Shown here in pieces: positions 1-9,548 of a DNA stretch of 64,000 bases (positions within the stretch are counted from its first letter, which is position 1; each line of letters opens with the position of its first letter). The stretch is taken from assembly GCA_963809565.1 (NCBI GenBank), contig CAWEKE010000001.1, forward strand, positions 239,452-303,451, read 5' to 3'. The position numbers were made by a program, and so were the translations under genes. The DNA comes from an uncultured Gammaproteobacteria bacterium (GTDB taxonomy: Bacteria; Pseudomonadota; Gammaproteobacteria; Steroidobacterales; XN24). The notes beneath the pieces are model-generated. The model was not told the origin of the DNA and made no database searches. It worked only from the letters and a program-made list of their open reading frames with translations.

Positions 1-1
1 T

Positions 2-304
2 CAGGGTCTGCACAATCACCAGAACGCGTCCTGGTCAGGGATCTTCTGCGTCGATCCCGGTGACAGCCCCGAGCAACGGCCGGACAGCGGCCTGGTGCGC
101 TTCCACGACCCGCGTTTTTGCAGCGCGTTTCATGCCGAAGCCGGAAACATGGGGCTGGACATGCCATACAACCACGGCGGATTCGACGTACATCACCGCG
201 CCGGACGGCTGGTGATGTTCCCCTCGTTCATGATGCACGAAATCTTCCCCTACCAGGGCGAGCGTCCGCGAATCGTCATCGCCTTCAACTGCTCGGTCAA
301 TTAG
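2..304 (+). CDS. TIGR02466-type 2OG-Fe(II) oxygenase-like protein, C-terminal part (5' end lies outside the window)
   Basis: Frame 2 is open from the window edge to TAG 302-304. The translation reads ..QGLHNHQNASWSGIFCVDPG...GRLVMFPSFMMHEIFPYQGERPRIVIAFNCSVN. It shows the same H-x-H...SG and ..vMFPS.l.H.v......R.gI.FN pattern as the complete paralogue at 61384-62067. Confidence 0.7.
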   Translation, partial: QGLHNHQNASWSGIFCVDPGDSPEQRPDSGLVRFHDPRFCSAFHAEAGNMGLDMPYNHGGFDVHHRAGRLVMFPSFMMHEIFPYQGERPRIVIAFNCSVN

Positions 305-1935
305 TGGCAACGCCTCCGGACCCGCGGCGGCTTATCCGTGCGCTGGCAGCCGAGGCCGTCAACGATCCGGCCGCCGCCATGGGCCGCTGTCGGCAGATCC
401 TGCAGCGGGCGCCGGCGAGCCTGCCGGTGCTGTGTATCGCGGCCGGCATCCAGAGACGCAGCGGCAAATTTGCCGAAGCTGCCGAACTGCTGGCGCGCGC
501 CGCAGCGGTCGACGCCGAGGCTTCGCCGGTGTTTGCCGAGCGCGCCGCGCTGGCCATGTCCTGTCAGGACTTCGAACTTGCCGCGCAGAGCCTCCGCGCG
601 CTGTTACAGCAGCATCCCGGGCAATCGGATTCGTGGTTCAACCTGGGCCTGGCGGAAGAGCAGCGCGGACGAGTTCAGGCTGCGATCGAGGCATTTGAAA
701 ACGCACTGAATCTGGCGCCGGACGGGTACCCGGCAGCCGGCGCCAGACTGGCTATGTTACTGGCCACGGTCGGTCGCGACGCCGATGCGCGGCAACGCGT
801 CGATCAGGCTCTGGCGGCAGACCCGGACCAGGTCGAAGCCCGCTACGCGCTGGGCATGCTGTTGCTGGCCGAAGGCAGGACGGAGCAGGCGCTGGCTCAG
901 TTCCGGCAGTGTGTGGCACGCCAGCCGGGGCTGGCCGGCGCATGGCAGCAACTGCTCGAGTGCCGCCGCATAGAAGATCCCGACGATCCCGAGTTGGCCG
1001 CGGCGCGTGCGCTTCTCGACCAGCCTGATGTCAGTCCCGCCGAGCGCGAACAACTGGCGATGGCTGTGGGCAAGGCGCTTGATGACCTGCACGACTACGC
1101 AGCCGCATTCGACTGCTTTCACCAGGCCAAACGTTCCAGGCGCAAGCGCTTGCCGGATTTCGACCGCGAGGCCTGGCGCGCAGCTACCGATGCCCGCATC
1201 GCAGCGCCGGTGCCAGCCTCGCCCTTCGCGCCCGGGGCGGCCGTTCAGCCGCTGTTTATCGTCGGCATGCCCCGCTCCGGCACGACGCTGGTGGATCAGA
1301 TCCTCACCGCGCATCCGCAGGCTGAAGGCGTCGGCGAACTCGCGTTTTTCGACCAGGCGGCAGAGCGGTTCTTTGCTGCGGGCCTGGAGCCCGACGCCGG
1401 GGCCGCGTTGCGAGCGGATTACTTGCGCCTACTGACCGCGACCGGGGCAACGGTGGTCAGTAACAAATACCCGGCGAACTTCCGCAACATGCCCTTGCTG
1501 CGCTGGCTGATGCCGGAAGCGCGCTTTGTGCACCTGCGCCGCAGCGCGCTGGATACCTGCCTGTCTGTCTATCTCCAGGACTTTCCGCTGGGCAACCTGT
1601 ACGCCAACGATCTGGAAGACATCGCTGCCTATTACGGCGACTACCGCAGGCTGATGACGCACTGGGCCGGGCGCAAGGATGATGTGCTGGAACTGACCTA
1701 CGAGGCGCTACTGAACGACCAGGCCGGTGTCACCCGACGATTGCTGGACTTTTGTGGTCTGGACTGGGACCCGGCGTGTCTGGACTTTGCCAGTAACCCG
1801 CGTCCGGTCGGAACGCTGAGCCGCTGGCAGGTGCGGCAGCCTATCTATGCGTCGTCGGTAGGCCGCTGGCGGCACTATGAAGCGCAGCTGGAGCCGCTGA
1901 TCAGAGCCCTGGGGCCCTGGGCGGATTCAGCCTAG
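304..1935 (+). CDS. TPR repeat + TPST-like sulfotransferase fusion (paralogue ST1)
   Basis: N-terminal Ala/Leu-rich TPR-like repeats (e.g. WFNLGLAEEQRGRVQAAIEAFENALNLAP). C-terminal sulfotransferase motifs: FIVGMPRSGTTLVDQILTAHP (5'-PSB loop), RFVHLRRSALDTCLSVYLQDF (3'-PB), GLDWDPACLDF, SRWQVRQPIYASSVGRWRHY. Start taken as GTG 304, which shares 1 nt with the upstream TAG; ATG 379 is an alternative. The track start at 118 would overlap the upstream gene. Confidence 0.85.
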   Translation: MATPPDPRRLIRALAAEAVNDPAAAMGRCRQILQRAPASLPVLCIAAGIQRRSGKFAEAAELLARAAAVDAEASPVFAERAALAMSCQDFELAAQSLRALLQQHPGQSDSWFNLGLAEEQRGRVQAAIEAFENALNLAPDGYPAAGARLAMLLATVGRDADARQRVDQALAADPDQVEARYALGMLLLAEGRTEQALAQFRQCVARQPGLAGAWQQLLECRRIEDPDDPELAAARALLDQPDVSPAEREQLAMAVGKALDDLHDYAAAFDCFHQAKRSRRKRLPDFDREAWRAATDARIAAPVPASPFAPGAAVQPLFIVGMPRSGTTLVDQILTAHPQAEGVGELAFFDQAAERFFAAGLEPDAGAALRADYLRLLTATGATVVSNKYPANFRNMPLLRWLMPEARFVHLRRSALDTCLSVYLQDFPLGNLYANDLEDIAAYYGDYRRLMTHWAGRKDDVLELTYEALLNDQAGVTRRLLDFCGLDWDPACLDFASNPRPVGTLSRWQVRQPIYASSVGRWRHYEAQLEPLIRALGPWADSA

Positions 1936-3849
1936 CTGCTGACCACCGGTTTCCGCCAGCTCGCCCAGCGGGCCTAACCAGTCGGCATAATGGCGCCAGC
2001 GGCCGATGGACCGCTGATGCAGGGGTTCCCTTACCTGGGCGTGACTCGCCGTTGCCGTCACCCGCTGCTGCGTGCTGAACTCCAGACACGCCGGATCCCA
2101 GTCCAGACCGCAGAATTGCAGCAGCTCGAGCAGGACCGGTTGCGGGGCCGTCACCAGACGCTCGTAATCCAGCGCAAATACCGGCGAATAATCTGCACAC
2201 CACTTCAGCATCAGCTGGCGATAGTGCGCCAGATAGCTGCTCAGCCAGTCCAGCCGCGTGGCAAATCCCAGTGCCTGATCCGCGAAATCGGTGAACAGGC
2301 ACGACAAGCCGGTATCGCGCAGGTCGCGACGGCAATGCACGATCCGGGCGTCCGGAAACACGCGGCGGATCAGCGGCAGATACCGGAAGTTCAACGGCAT
2401 CTTGTCGCTGATCAGTCGCGTGCCGGTCCCGGATGCCGGCAGACGACGGCGGTATTCATCGCCGAGCCGGCCAAGCAACGCCGGTCGTTCGTCCTCGCTG
2501 GCGCCGATAACCCGATGCACCAGCTCGCCGAAAAACGGCAACTCTCCCGCGCCGTGCACGCCCGGATGAGCCGCCAGCATTTGCTCCAGCAAGCTGGTGC
2601 CCGACCGCGGCAGGCCGATGATGAACAGCAGATCTGCGCCACCCTGACCAGCCGGCGTCTGTCCGGCCAGACGCTCGATCAAACGCGCCTCCCGGATCTG
2701 GGCGCCGGGGTCGAACGTCGCCGGTGTCAGCGCATTGGCCTGCTGATACCAGTCCCAGGCCTGGGCAAAATCGCCGAGCTCGTCACACACGTCACCGAGG
2801 CTGAAACAGAATGCACGACGACTGGAGCCTTCGGCCGGGATCGCCTCGGTGAGAATCGGCCGGGCTCGGGCAGGATCGCCAAGCCGACGCCACAAGCGAG
2901 CCTTCACCAGTGCCGGACCCGGCCGTTGCCGCGCCTGCGCGTCAAGGGTTTCGAGACTGTCCAGCCCGGCCTGGTATCGGCCTTGCCATTCCAGCAGCTC
3001 CGCTCGCCCCACCAGCGCATCCATGTTCCCTGGCATGAGTTCCAGCGCACGCTCGTATGCGGCTCCGGCCTGCGTGTACTCACCCACCGCCTGCAAGGTC
3101 ATCGCCAGACCGGCCTGCCAGCCGGCATGTTCGGGGTCGGCATCCACCGCTGCGCGCCAGGCGGAGAGGGCTTCGGTGAGCCGTCCCTGCTGTTTGCGCA
3201 GCCCGCCCAGCAGCGCGAGCCCGGCGCCATCAGCCGGGCGTCGCCGGAGCACCTCGGCAAGCGTCTGTTCCGCGGTGGCCAGATCGCCGCATTCGATACT
3301 GGCGCCGGCCAGGTTGGTCAACGTCCCGGGATCATCCGGTCGGTGAGACAAGCTGTGTCTGAAGCAGGCCAGCGCTTCCTCATACCTGCCCTGTTCCATC
3401 CGCAGGATGCCGTATTCGTTCCACGCCGGAGCGTGTCCAGGCGCTATTGCGACCGCTTGCGCGAGGGCCTGTTCAGCGATCTCAAGCCGGCCGGCCGCGT
3501 GCTCCAGCTGGCCCTGATAGAAAGTCGCATCGGCCGTCACCCGCGGGTCGCTCCTTGCTTCCGCGAAACACTCCGCTGCCTCACCGGTTTTGCCCTGTTG
3601 CATCAGCACGCGACCGAGCGTGAGGCACGCCGGGCCGTCCTTCCTTGCCTCCACGCAGCGCCGCGCGAGCCCTTCTGCCTGCTCGAGTTCACCGAGTTCA
3701 GCCGACGCCATCGCGGCCAGCAACAACAGATCCGGCTGGCGCGGATCAGACGCCAGCAAGCGACGATAGACCTCCAGCGCAGCCTCGGGCCGGCCATCGC
3801 GATGCCACTGCCTGGCCGAAGCCAGTTCGTCTCCGGGTTTAGTCGCCAT
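1927..3849 (-). CDS. TPR repeat + TPST-like sulfotransferase fusion (ST2)
   Basis: 640-aa ORF with N-terminal TPRs. Motifs: FIIGLPRSGTSLLEQMLAAHPGVHGAGEL, RIVHCRRDLRDTGLSCLFTDF, GLDWDPACLEF, SHAQVREPLHQRSIGRWRHY. Its ATG shares one nt with the stop codon of ST3 (TGATG at 3847-3851). Confidence 0.9.
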   Translation of the reverse strand: MATKPGDELASARQWHRDGRPEAALEVYRRLLASDPRQPDLLLLAAMASAELGELEQAEGLARRCVEARKDGPACLTLGRVLMQQGKTGEAAECFAEARSDPRVTADATFYQGQLEHAAGRLEIAEQALAQAVAIAPGHAPAWNEYGILRMEQGRYEEALACFRHSLSHRPDDPGTLTNLAGASIECGDLATAEQTLAEVLRRRPADGAGLALLGGLRKQQGRLTEALSAWRAAVDADPEHAGWQAGLAMTLQAVGEYTQAGAAYERALELMPGNMDALVGRAELLEWQGRYQAGLDSLETLDAQARQRPGPALVKARLWRRLGDPARARPILTEAIPAEGSSRRAFCFSLGDVCDELGDFAQAWDWYQQANALTPATFDPGAQIREARLIERLAGQTPAGQGGADLLFIIGLPRSGTSLLEQMLAAHPGVHGAGELPFFGELVHRVIGASEDERPALLGRLGDEYRRRLPASGTGTRLISDKMPLNFRYLPLIRRVFPDARIVHCRRDLRDTGLSCLFTDFADQALGFATRLDWLSSYLAHYRQLMLKWCADYSPVFALDYERLVTAPQPVLLELLQFCGLDWDPACLEFSTQQRVTATASHAQVREPLHQRSIGRWRHYADWLGPLGELAETGGQQLG

Positions 3850-5555
3850 CAGGCATTATCTTCCACCTGCTCAAGCAACTGTGCCAATGGCGCCAGGTGT
3901 TGCGCGTAGTCTTTATGGCGGCCGACCGCTGAAGTGTAGATCGGTCGTTGTACCTGCTCGTAGCTGGCCGTCGCGATAATCGGCTCAGCGACCGCGGCCG
4001 GACCTGCAGTGATCGACGGTGCGTCTGCGACACAGGCCGCATCCCAGTCCAGGCCAATAAAATCCAGCAACGCGCGGACCGTGCTTTCGGGCTCAGCCAC
4101 CAGCGACTCGTAGTTCAGCTCGAACAGGCCCACATCCAGCGTGGCCCGCCAGTGCCTCATCAGGCGCCGATAGTCAGCATAGTACGCAGCAATGTCCGGC
4201 AGCCGCCGGCTCCAGGCCAGAGCGGGGGCGCTGAAGTCCTGGCAAAAACAGGACAGCGCGACATCCATCGGCTCGCGCCGCAGGTGGATGATCCGGGCCT
4301 TGGGAAACAACACCTGGATCAAGCCGAGATGAAGAAAGTTAGCCGGCATCTTGTCAGTCACGCGTAAATGCGACCCGGCGCCAATCGAGGCCAGATAGGA
4401 CCGGGCCTCGTCACGCCACCGGGCTGCCGGGACCCGGCTCGTGATCAGCGCCGGATCCGGCGCCGGCCTCGAGCCGCGCAGACGTCGCTCGATATCGCCG
4501 ATACCGGTCGATTCACCGCCAGCATGGATCGATTGATGACGCGACAATATGCGCTCCACCAGGGATGTGCCCGAGCGCGGCATGCCGACGATGAACACCG
4601 GGGCATCGCTGTCGCTGCCGCGGTTCTGCAAGGAATGCAGGGTATCCCGGGTCCAGGTCTGCCGGATCGCAGCAACCCGAGCCCGATGCCGCTCGCAGTC
4701 GAACCCGCCAGGCAGCGCGGCGTTGGCTCGACAGTAGGCTTCGAATGCGGCGTCGAACTCGCCTGCGTCATGGTGCATATCGCCCCTGGCAAACAGCCAG
4801 CGTGCCCGCTGATGACTGGTCAATGTGTCCGGGGTCAACGACTCCAAAATCGCGCGCGCTGCTTCCGGATGCCCCGTCCGGCGCAACAGACGGGCATAGA
4901 CCAAAGCCATCTCGGGAGTACGGCCCTCGGCGGGCCCGTTTGCCCCGGTTGTCATCAACGGCTCGAGCAGCGCCAGGCCATGACGCGGTTGTCCACGCAC
5001 TTCATATTGCGCGGCCAATGCAGTCAGCGCCTCGACATGCCCGGGAGACAGCGCCAGCACGCTCTCCAGTTCTGCCCTTGATTCATCGAATCGCCCCTGG
5101 ATCTGCCATACGCCGGCCCGGCCAACGCGCGGCTCCACGTTACCGGGGGCCAGCGTCAAAGCGCGTTCGTAGGCATCCAGCGCCCGTTGGTAGGCGCCGG
5201 CAGCATGGCAGACCACGCCCAGCCGATACCACAGCCGGGGTCTCCCCGGCGTCTGCTCCAGCGCTTTCTCCAGTAAACGTATTGCGGCATCGAATTGTCC
5301 GGCAGTCATGGCCAGCGCAGCAGCGGTGTCGATCACGCGAGGATCGCCGGGGGCTCTGGCGCGTGCAGTGTCCAGGTCCGCTTTAGCCGCATCCACGCGC
5401 CCGGCACGCAAGTGCAGTTCTGCGCGCGCGCACAGCGCGGACATCGGCAGTGCGTCAGCGGGCAGCAGGCCCAGATCCTGCTCTGCCTCGCGCAGGCGTC
5501 CCGCGCGCAGATGCGCCATGGCTTGTTCCAACCTGGCGGAATCAGCGCGTTCCAT
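3849..5555 (-). CDS. TPR repeat + TPST-like sulfotransferase fusion (ST3)
   Basis: TPR N-terminus. Motifs: FIVGMPRSGTSLVERILSRHQSIHAGGES, RIIHLRREPMDVALSCFCQDF, GLDWDAACV, SYEQVQRPIYTSAVGRHKDY. Start chosen at ATG 5555 (MERADSARLEQ..), a 14-nt overlap with the ST4 stop; the track start at 5633 is the maximal ORF. Confidence 0.85.
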   Translation of the reverse strand: MERADSARLEQAMAHLRAGRLREAEQDLGLLPADALPMSALCARAELHLRAGRVDAAKADLDTARARAPGDPRVIDTAAALAMTAGQFDAAIRLLEKALEQTPGRPRLWYRLGVVCHAAGAYQRALDAYERALTLAPGNVEPRVGRAGVWQIQGRFDESRAELESVLALSPGHVEALTALAAQYEVRGQPRHGLALLEPLMTTGANGPAEGRTPEMALVYARLLRRTGHPEAARAILESLTPDTLTSHQRARWLFARGDMHHDAGEFDAAFEAYCRANAALPGGFDCERHRARVAAIRQTWTRDTLHSLQNRGSDSDAPVFIVGMPRSGTSLVERILSRHQSIHAGGESTGIGDIERRLRGSRPAPDPALITSRVPAARWRDEARSYLASIGAGSHLRVTDKMPANFLHLGLIQVLFPKARIIHLRREPMDVALSCFCQDFSAPALAWSRRLPDIAAYYADYRRLMRHWRATLDVGLFELNYESLVAEPESTVRALLDFIGLDWDAACVADAPSITAGPAAVAEPIIATASYEQVQRPIYTSAVGRHKDYAQHLAPLAQLLEQVEDNA

Positions 5556-7563
5556 GTTCGTAGCCGGCGGCGTCCAGGGCCTCGGCAAACGGCTCCAGGT
5601 GCTCACGGTAGTGACGCCAGGCGCCGACTTCACGTGAGTTGAGCGGCTGCCGGACCGGCGTATCGGCTGCGCTGGTCGCTACCCCGGGTTGATAGAATCG
5701 CAGGCAGGCCGGATCCCATTCCAGACTCAGAAATTCCACCAGCTGCCGACTGTAAGATTCCGGGCTTGTGACCAGTTCTTCATAGCGCAACTCAAACATC
5801 GCCAGCCCGCTGACATCACGCCAATGCCGCATCAGGCGCCGATACAGCTGGAAGTAGCGCACCATCGACTCGAGCTCGAAGGTAAAAGCCAGGCTGCGAC
5901 CAGCAAAGTTTTTCAGCCAACAGCGCAGGACCAGGTCCAGCGGGTGGCGCAGGCAGTGAATCACATGGGCATCAGGAAACAGCATCTCGATCAGACCCAG
6001 ATGGACAAAATTGAACGGCATCGTGTCGGTGACCCGCGCCACGTCGCCTGCGCGGGCATCAAGGCCTGCGAGATAGCGGCTGGCATGACGCTCGAGCTGC
6101 CGCCGATCAAGGCGCGCAACACCATCCGGCCAACCACCGCTCTCGCGGCCCAGGGCCATGCTGATGTCGCCGATCATGGTCAGCTCGCCGGCGCCGTGCA
6201 CCTGCGGATGGCTGCACAGAATCTGTTCCGCCAGCGACTTGCCGCTACGCGGCATGCCGACGATGAATACCGGCCTCGAACTCGGGGTCCGGGCGCGTGG
6301 TAATGCCGCCATGGCCGGTGCCGAGAATGCCCGACGGCTGGCCTCCACGGCGCCTTTCAATGCGTCCAGGTCGCGCCCCGGCACGCCGGCTGGCAGCGAA
6401 CGTCGACGCCATTCGTTGGCCTCGAGCGCGGTGTCCCATGCCTGCTGATACTCGCCACTCTCGTCCAGCACACGGGCCAGCGAAAAGCGTAACTGCGCCT
6501 GGCCCTCGGCCCCGATATGGGTCGACTCCAGTGCAGTCTCCAGCACCCGCCTGGCCTCCTCCAGCCGCCCCGTGTTGCGCAACAACCGCGCCTGGATCGG
6601 AGCCACCACGGCCGGATCGGGAGCAGGCCCGGTATTCAGCATGGCCAGGGCCTCATCATGGCGGCCGCGGTTATCCAGCCACGCCGCCAGGCCCGATCTC
6701 GCCTGGTCGTGGCCGGGGTTTACTGCCAGCGCGCGACGGAAATACTCGCCAGCCTGCGCGGGTTCACCCTGCGCCTGCAGCAGCTTCGCCAGGTTGGCCA
6801 GCGCATCGGCATCCTGCGGGTCTTTTTCCAGCGCTGTGCGGTAACACTCCTCGGCCTGATCAAACCGGCCCTGCAGCTGCAGCGATGCGCCCAGCCAGGT
6901 CCAGCCGACTGCGTTGACCGGATCCTGCTCCAGAAAGCGGCGCAACGCGCGTTCCGCATCGGAGTAACGGCCCAGCGCGTTGAGCACTCCGCCAAGTTGT
7001 AACCAGCCCGCGGCAAGCTCGGGTCGTTGCCGGGTCAATGTCTGCAGCGAACTCAATGCCTGCCCGGTGTCGCCTCTGCCCATTGCGGCCATGGCCAGAT
7101 TGAAATGCGCGGCCGCCAGCGCGGGATCGAGGTCAAGCGCCTGCTGAAACAGGTCCGCGGCCCGGTCCAGATTCCCCAGATTGCCGATGATCTCCCCGGC
7201 CTGATTATTGATCTGCGCCGTGCCCGGCTCCATGGCTACCGCAGACTCGACCTGCTCGATTGCGGCCGCGGTGTCCCCAAGCGAGGCCAGGCTTCGTGCC
7301 AGACTCAGTCGCGTCGGTGCGGAATCCGGATCCAGCCGAAGCGCTCGGTTTAACGCGTCTCTCGCGGCATCGGCTTGTCCCAAACGCTGTAGCAGCTCTC
7401 CGCTCAAACGCCAGGCGCCGGCTTCCTCCGGCGCGTCGGCAAGCGCTTGTTTACAAAGCTCCAGCGCCTGCGCGAGCTGCCCTTGCCTGGCCAGCGTCAT
7501 CGCCTGCCGGACGGTGCGGTCGATCGCCTGTGGCGGGACCTGCCTGGGCGCATCCGGGCTCAC
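5542..7563 (-). CDS. TPR repeat + TPST-like sulfotransferase fusion (ST4)
   Basis: 673 aa with a long TPR N-terminus. Motifs: FIVGMPRSGKSLAEQILCSHPQVHGAGEL, HVIHCLRHPLDLVLRCWLKNF, SLEWDPACLRF, VRQPLNSREVGAWRHY. GTG start overlaps the ST5 stop (GTGA at 7560-7563). Confidence 0.9.
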   Translation of the reverse strand: MSPDAPRQVPPQAIDRTVRQAMTLARQGQLAQALELCKQALADAPEEAGAWRLSGELLQRLGQADAARDALNRALRLDPDSAPTRLSLARSLASLGDTAAAIEQVESAVAMEPGTAQINNQAGEIIGNLGNLDRAADLFQQALDLDPALAAAHFNLAMAAMGRGDTGQALSSLQTLTRQRPELAAGWLQLGGVLNALGRYSDAERALRRFLEQDPVNAVGWTWLGASLQLQGRFDQAEECYRTALEKDPQDADALANLAKLLQAQGEPAQAGEYFRRALAVNPGHDQARSGLAAWLDNRGRHDEALAMLNTGPAPDPAVVAPIQARLLRNTGRLEEARRVLETALESTHIGAEGQAQLRFSLARVLDESGEYQQAWDTALEANEWRRRSLPAGVPGRDLDALKGAVEASRRAFSAPAMAALPRARTPSSRPVFIVGMPRSGKSLAEQILCSHPQVHGAGELTMIGDISMALGRESGGWPDGVARLDRRQLERHASRYLAGLDARAGDVARVTDTMPFNFVHLGLIEMLFPDAHVIHCLRHPLDLVLRCWLKNFAGRSLAFTFELESMVRYFQLYRRLMRHWRDVSGLAMFELRYEELVTSPESYSRQLVEFLSLEWDPACLRFYQPGVATSAADTPVRQPLNSREVGAWRHYREHLEPFAEALDAAGYEHGTR

Positions 7564-9548
7564 GCCGTTCCCGTGCTTTCTGCGAGCTGCGCATCCACCC
7601 GTTCAGCCAGACCGCTGCGTCGCCACGCGTCCCAGTCGATGCCTTCGGTCAGTGGGCCGATCCATTCCCGATAGTGGCGGAAGCGGCCGGCCGAGGTCTG
7701 GTAAATCGGGCGTCGAACCTGCGCATGGCTGGCGGTCGCTACCAGGCGGCCCGATTCATGAAAGCGCAGACAGGCGGGATCCCATTTCAGGCCGAGAAAG
7801 TCGACTAGCTGCCGGCTGATCTTTTCCTGGTCTGACACCAGTTCCTCGTACACGACTTCGTGGAAGGCCAGATTCGTGTGGCGCCGCCAATGCTCCATCA
7901 CCTCGAGGTAGCCGTTGTAATAGGTGACGATGTCCTCGAGGCGATAGGAAAACGGGATTCCCTGACCGGCGAAATCCTGGAAGTAGCAGGACAAGGCGGT
8001 ATCCAGCGGATGACGGACGCAATGGATTACATGGGCCTTGGGAAATAACTGCTCAACAAAGCCGAGAAACAGATGGTTTGCCGGCGTCTTGTCCACCACC
8101 CTCAGCGCCGCGTCGTCGACCGAGGACAGGCAGGCGCTATACTCCCTGGCCGCATTTTCCAGGGCTTCGCGCTTCGCCTTCGCGGCACTGTCGGGAAAGC
8201 GCAGGCGATCGGCCTGACCCAGGCTGATCGCCAGCCGGCTCAGATCGAGAAGCTCGCCCGCTCCGGCTATCTGCGCATGACAGGAAAGAATCTGTTCCAC
8301 CAGCGAGGTGCCGGATCGTGGCATGCCCAATACGAACACCGGGCGCTGATCTTCGCTGTCGGCGCGCGGCAACGCTGCCCGGTTCTCAGCCGCGTAGACC
8401 TGCAGCAATCGCCTCACATCATCACGGTATTCGCTGCCGCTGAATTTCACCGGTTTCAGTTTGTTGCCGCGACGGTAGTGTTCGAAGGCCGGCGCATAGT
8501 CGGCAGCCGCGTTGAGCGCGTGGCCCAGGTTGAAATGCAGGCGCTGTCTCGCGGCATCGTTCAGATCCGGTCGCTCGAGTGCGGCATTGAGGATCTCTGC
8601 TGCGCGTTCGTTGTCGCCGAGATGGCGCTGCAGCTGCGCCCCGGTGATCACCAGTTCAAGCCCGCTGCGCAGCGGATCGAAACCATGCTCCAGCAACGCC
8701 CAGCCTTCCGCATAGCGGCCGCGGCGGTCGAGGTTGGCGGCCAGACCGGCCAGCGCATCCTGATGGCCCGGCGCCAGGCTCAATGCGCGGCGGAAACAGG
8801 CGTCGGCGCTCTCCACGTCACGCAAGCTCTGATATGCCGTGCCCAGGTTGCTGTGGGCCTGCGCGTAGTCGGGGTTCAGCTTCAGCGCGTGCAAGTAGCA
8901 ATCCCGGGCCGAATTCAGATCGCCAAGCATGTGCAACGAGGTGCCGAGACTGGTATGCGCGGCGGGATCATCGGGACGCAGTTGGACCAGCTTTCGATAG
9001 CCACGCACGGCCTGCTGATAGCGACCGAGGGAATGCAGCAGATGAGCAAAGGTCTGCAGCGGCTCCGCTGCATCGGGCGCCAGCTCGACAGCGCGGGCCA
9101 GAGCGCCGGCGGCCGACTCCGGCTGGCCCGCCGCGCGCAGCGCGAGACCAAGGTTGTAGTGCGCGTGCGCGAAATCCGGCCTCAGGTCCACGGCCCGGGC
9201 GAATGCATTGACCGCCTCTTTGATCCGGCCGAGATTGCCCAGTGCCTCGCCAGCGCTGTTCCAGATCATCGCGCTATCGGGCTTGAGATCGAGCGCCTGC
9301 CTTAACGCTGGCAGCGCCTCCTGGAAGCGGCCGAGCCGGTTCAGGGTCGATCCAAGGCGCTCGAATGCCTCTGCGCCAGGACGGATCTGGGTCAGCGTGC
9401 GCAGGCTCTCGGTCGCTGCACCGAGACGGCCGGCCTGGATTTGCAGGCTGGCCAGGCAATTGAGAAGTTGCGGATCGTCCGGCCTCGCTTTGAGTGCCTG
9501 TCGCAGGCTCTCCTCGCTCTGCGGATTCACGGTGTCCGGCTCAGCCAC
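7560..9548 (-). CDS. TPR repeat + TPST-like sulfotransferase fusion (ST5)
   Basis: 662 aa with TPRs. Motifs: FVLGMPRSGTSLVEQILSCHAQIAGAGEL, HVIHCVRHPLDTALSCYFQDF, GLKWDPACLRFH, SHAQVRRPIYQTSAGRFRHY. GTG start has GAGG about 9 nt upstream and overlaps the ST6 stop by 8 nt. Confidence 0.9.
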   Translation of the reverse strand: MAEPDTVNPQSEESLRQALKARPDDPQLLNCLASLQIQAGRLGAATESLRTLTQIRPGAEAFERLGSTLNRLGRFQEALPALRQALDLKPDSAMIWNSAGEALGNLGRIKEAVNAFARAVDLRPDFAHAHYNLGLALRAAGQPESAAGALARAVELAPDAAEPLQTFAHLLHSLGRYQQAVRGYRKLVQLRPDDPAAHTSLGTSLHMLGDLNSARDCYLHALKLNPDYAQAHSNLGTAYQSLRDVESADACFRRALSLAPGHQDALAGLAANLDRRGRYAEGWALLEHGFDPLRSGLELVITGAQLQRHLGDNERAAEILNAALERPDLNDAARQRLHFNLGHALNAAADYAPAFEHYRRGNKLKPVKFSGSEYRDDVRRLLQVYAAENRAALPRADSEDQRPVFVLGMPRSGTSLVEQILSCHAQIAGAGELLDLSRLAISLGQADRLRFPDSAAKAKREALENAAREYSACLSSVDDAALRVVDKTPANHLFLGFVEQLFPKAHVIHCVRHPLDTALSCYFQDFAGQGIPFSYRLEDIVTYYNGYLEVMEHWRRHTNLAFHEVVYEELVSDQEKISRQLVDFLGLKWDPACLRFHESGRLVATASHAQVRRPIYQTSAGRFRHYREWIGPLTEGIDWDAWRRSGLAERVDAQLAESTGTA

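Noticed and set aside
118-303. N-terminal extension of ST1 as given in the ORF track (start at 118)
   Set aside because: It would fully overlap the C-terminal coding part of the TIGR02466-like gene in another frame, and it translates to Arg/Pro-rich sequence. GTG 304 or ATG 379 are more plausible starts.
1990-3909. 639-aa ORF on the plus strand, antisense to the ST2 gene. Similar long antisense or alternative-frame ORFs occur elsewhere, e.g. 8073-9305, 24299-25528, 25982-27154, 27658-28917, 52148-53539.
   Set aside because: These are typical high-GC shadow ORFs. Their translations are Arg/Gln/Pro/Ala-rich low-information sequence with no motifs, while the opposite-strand frames carry clear domain signatures (TPR, PAPS loops, FG-GAP, Rossmann).
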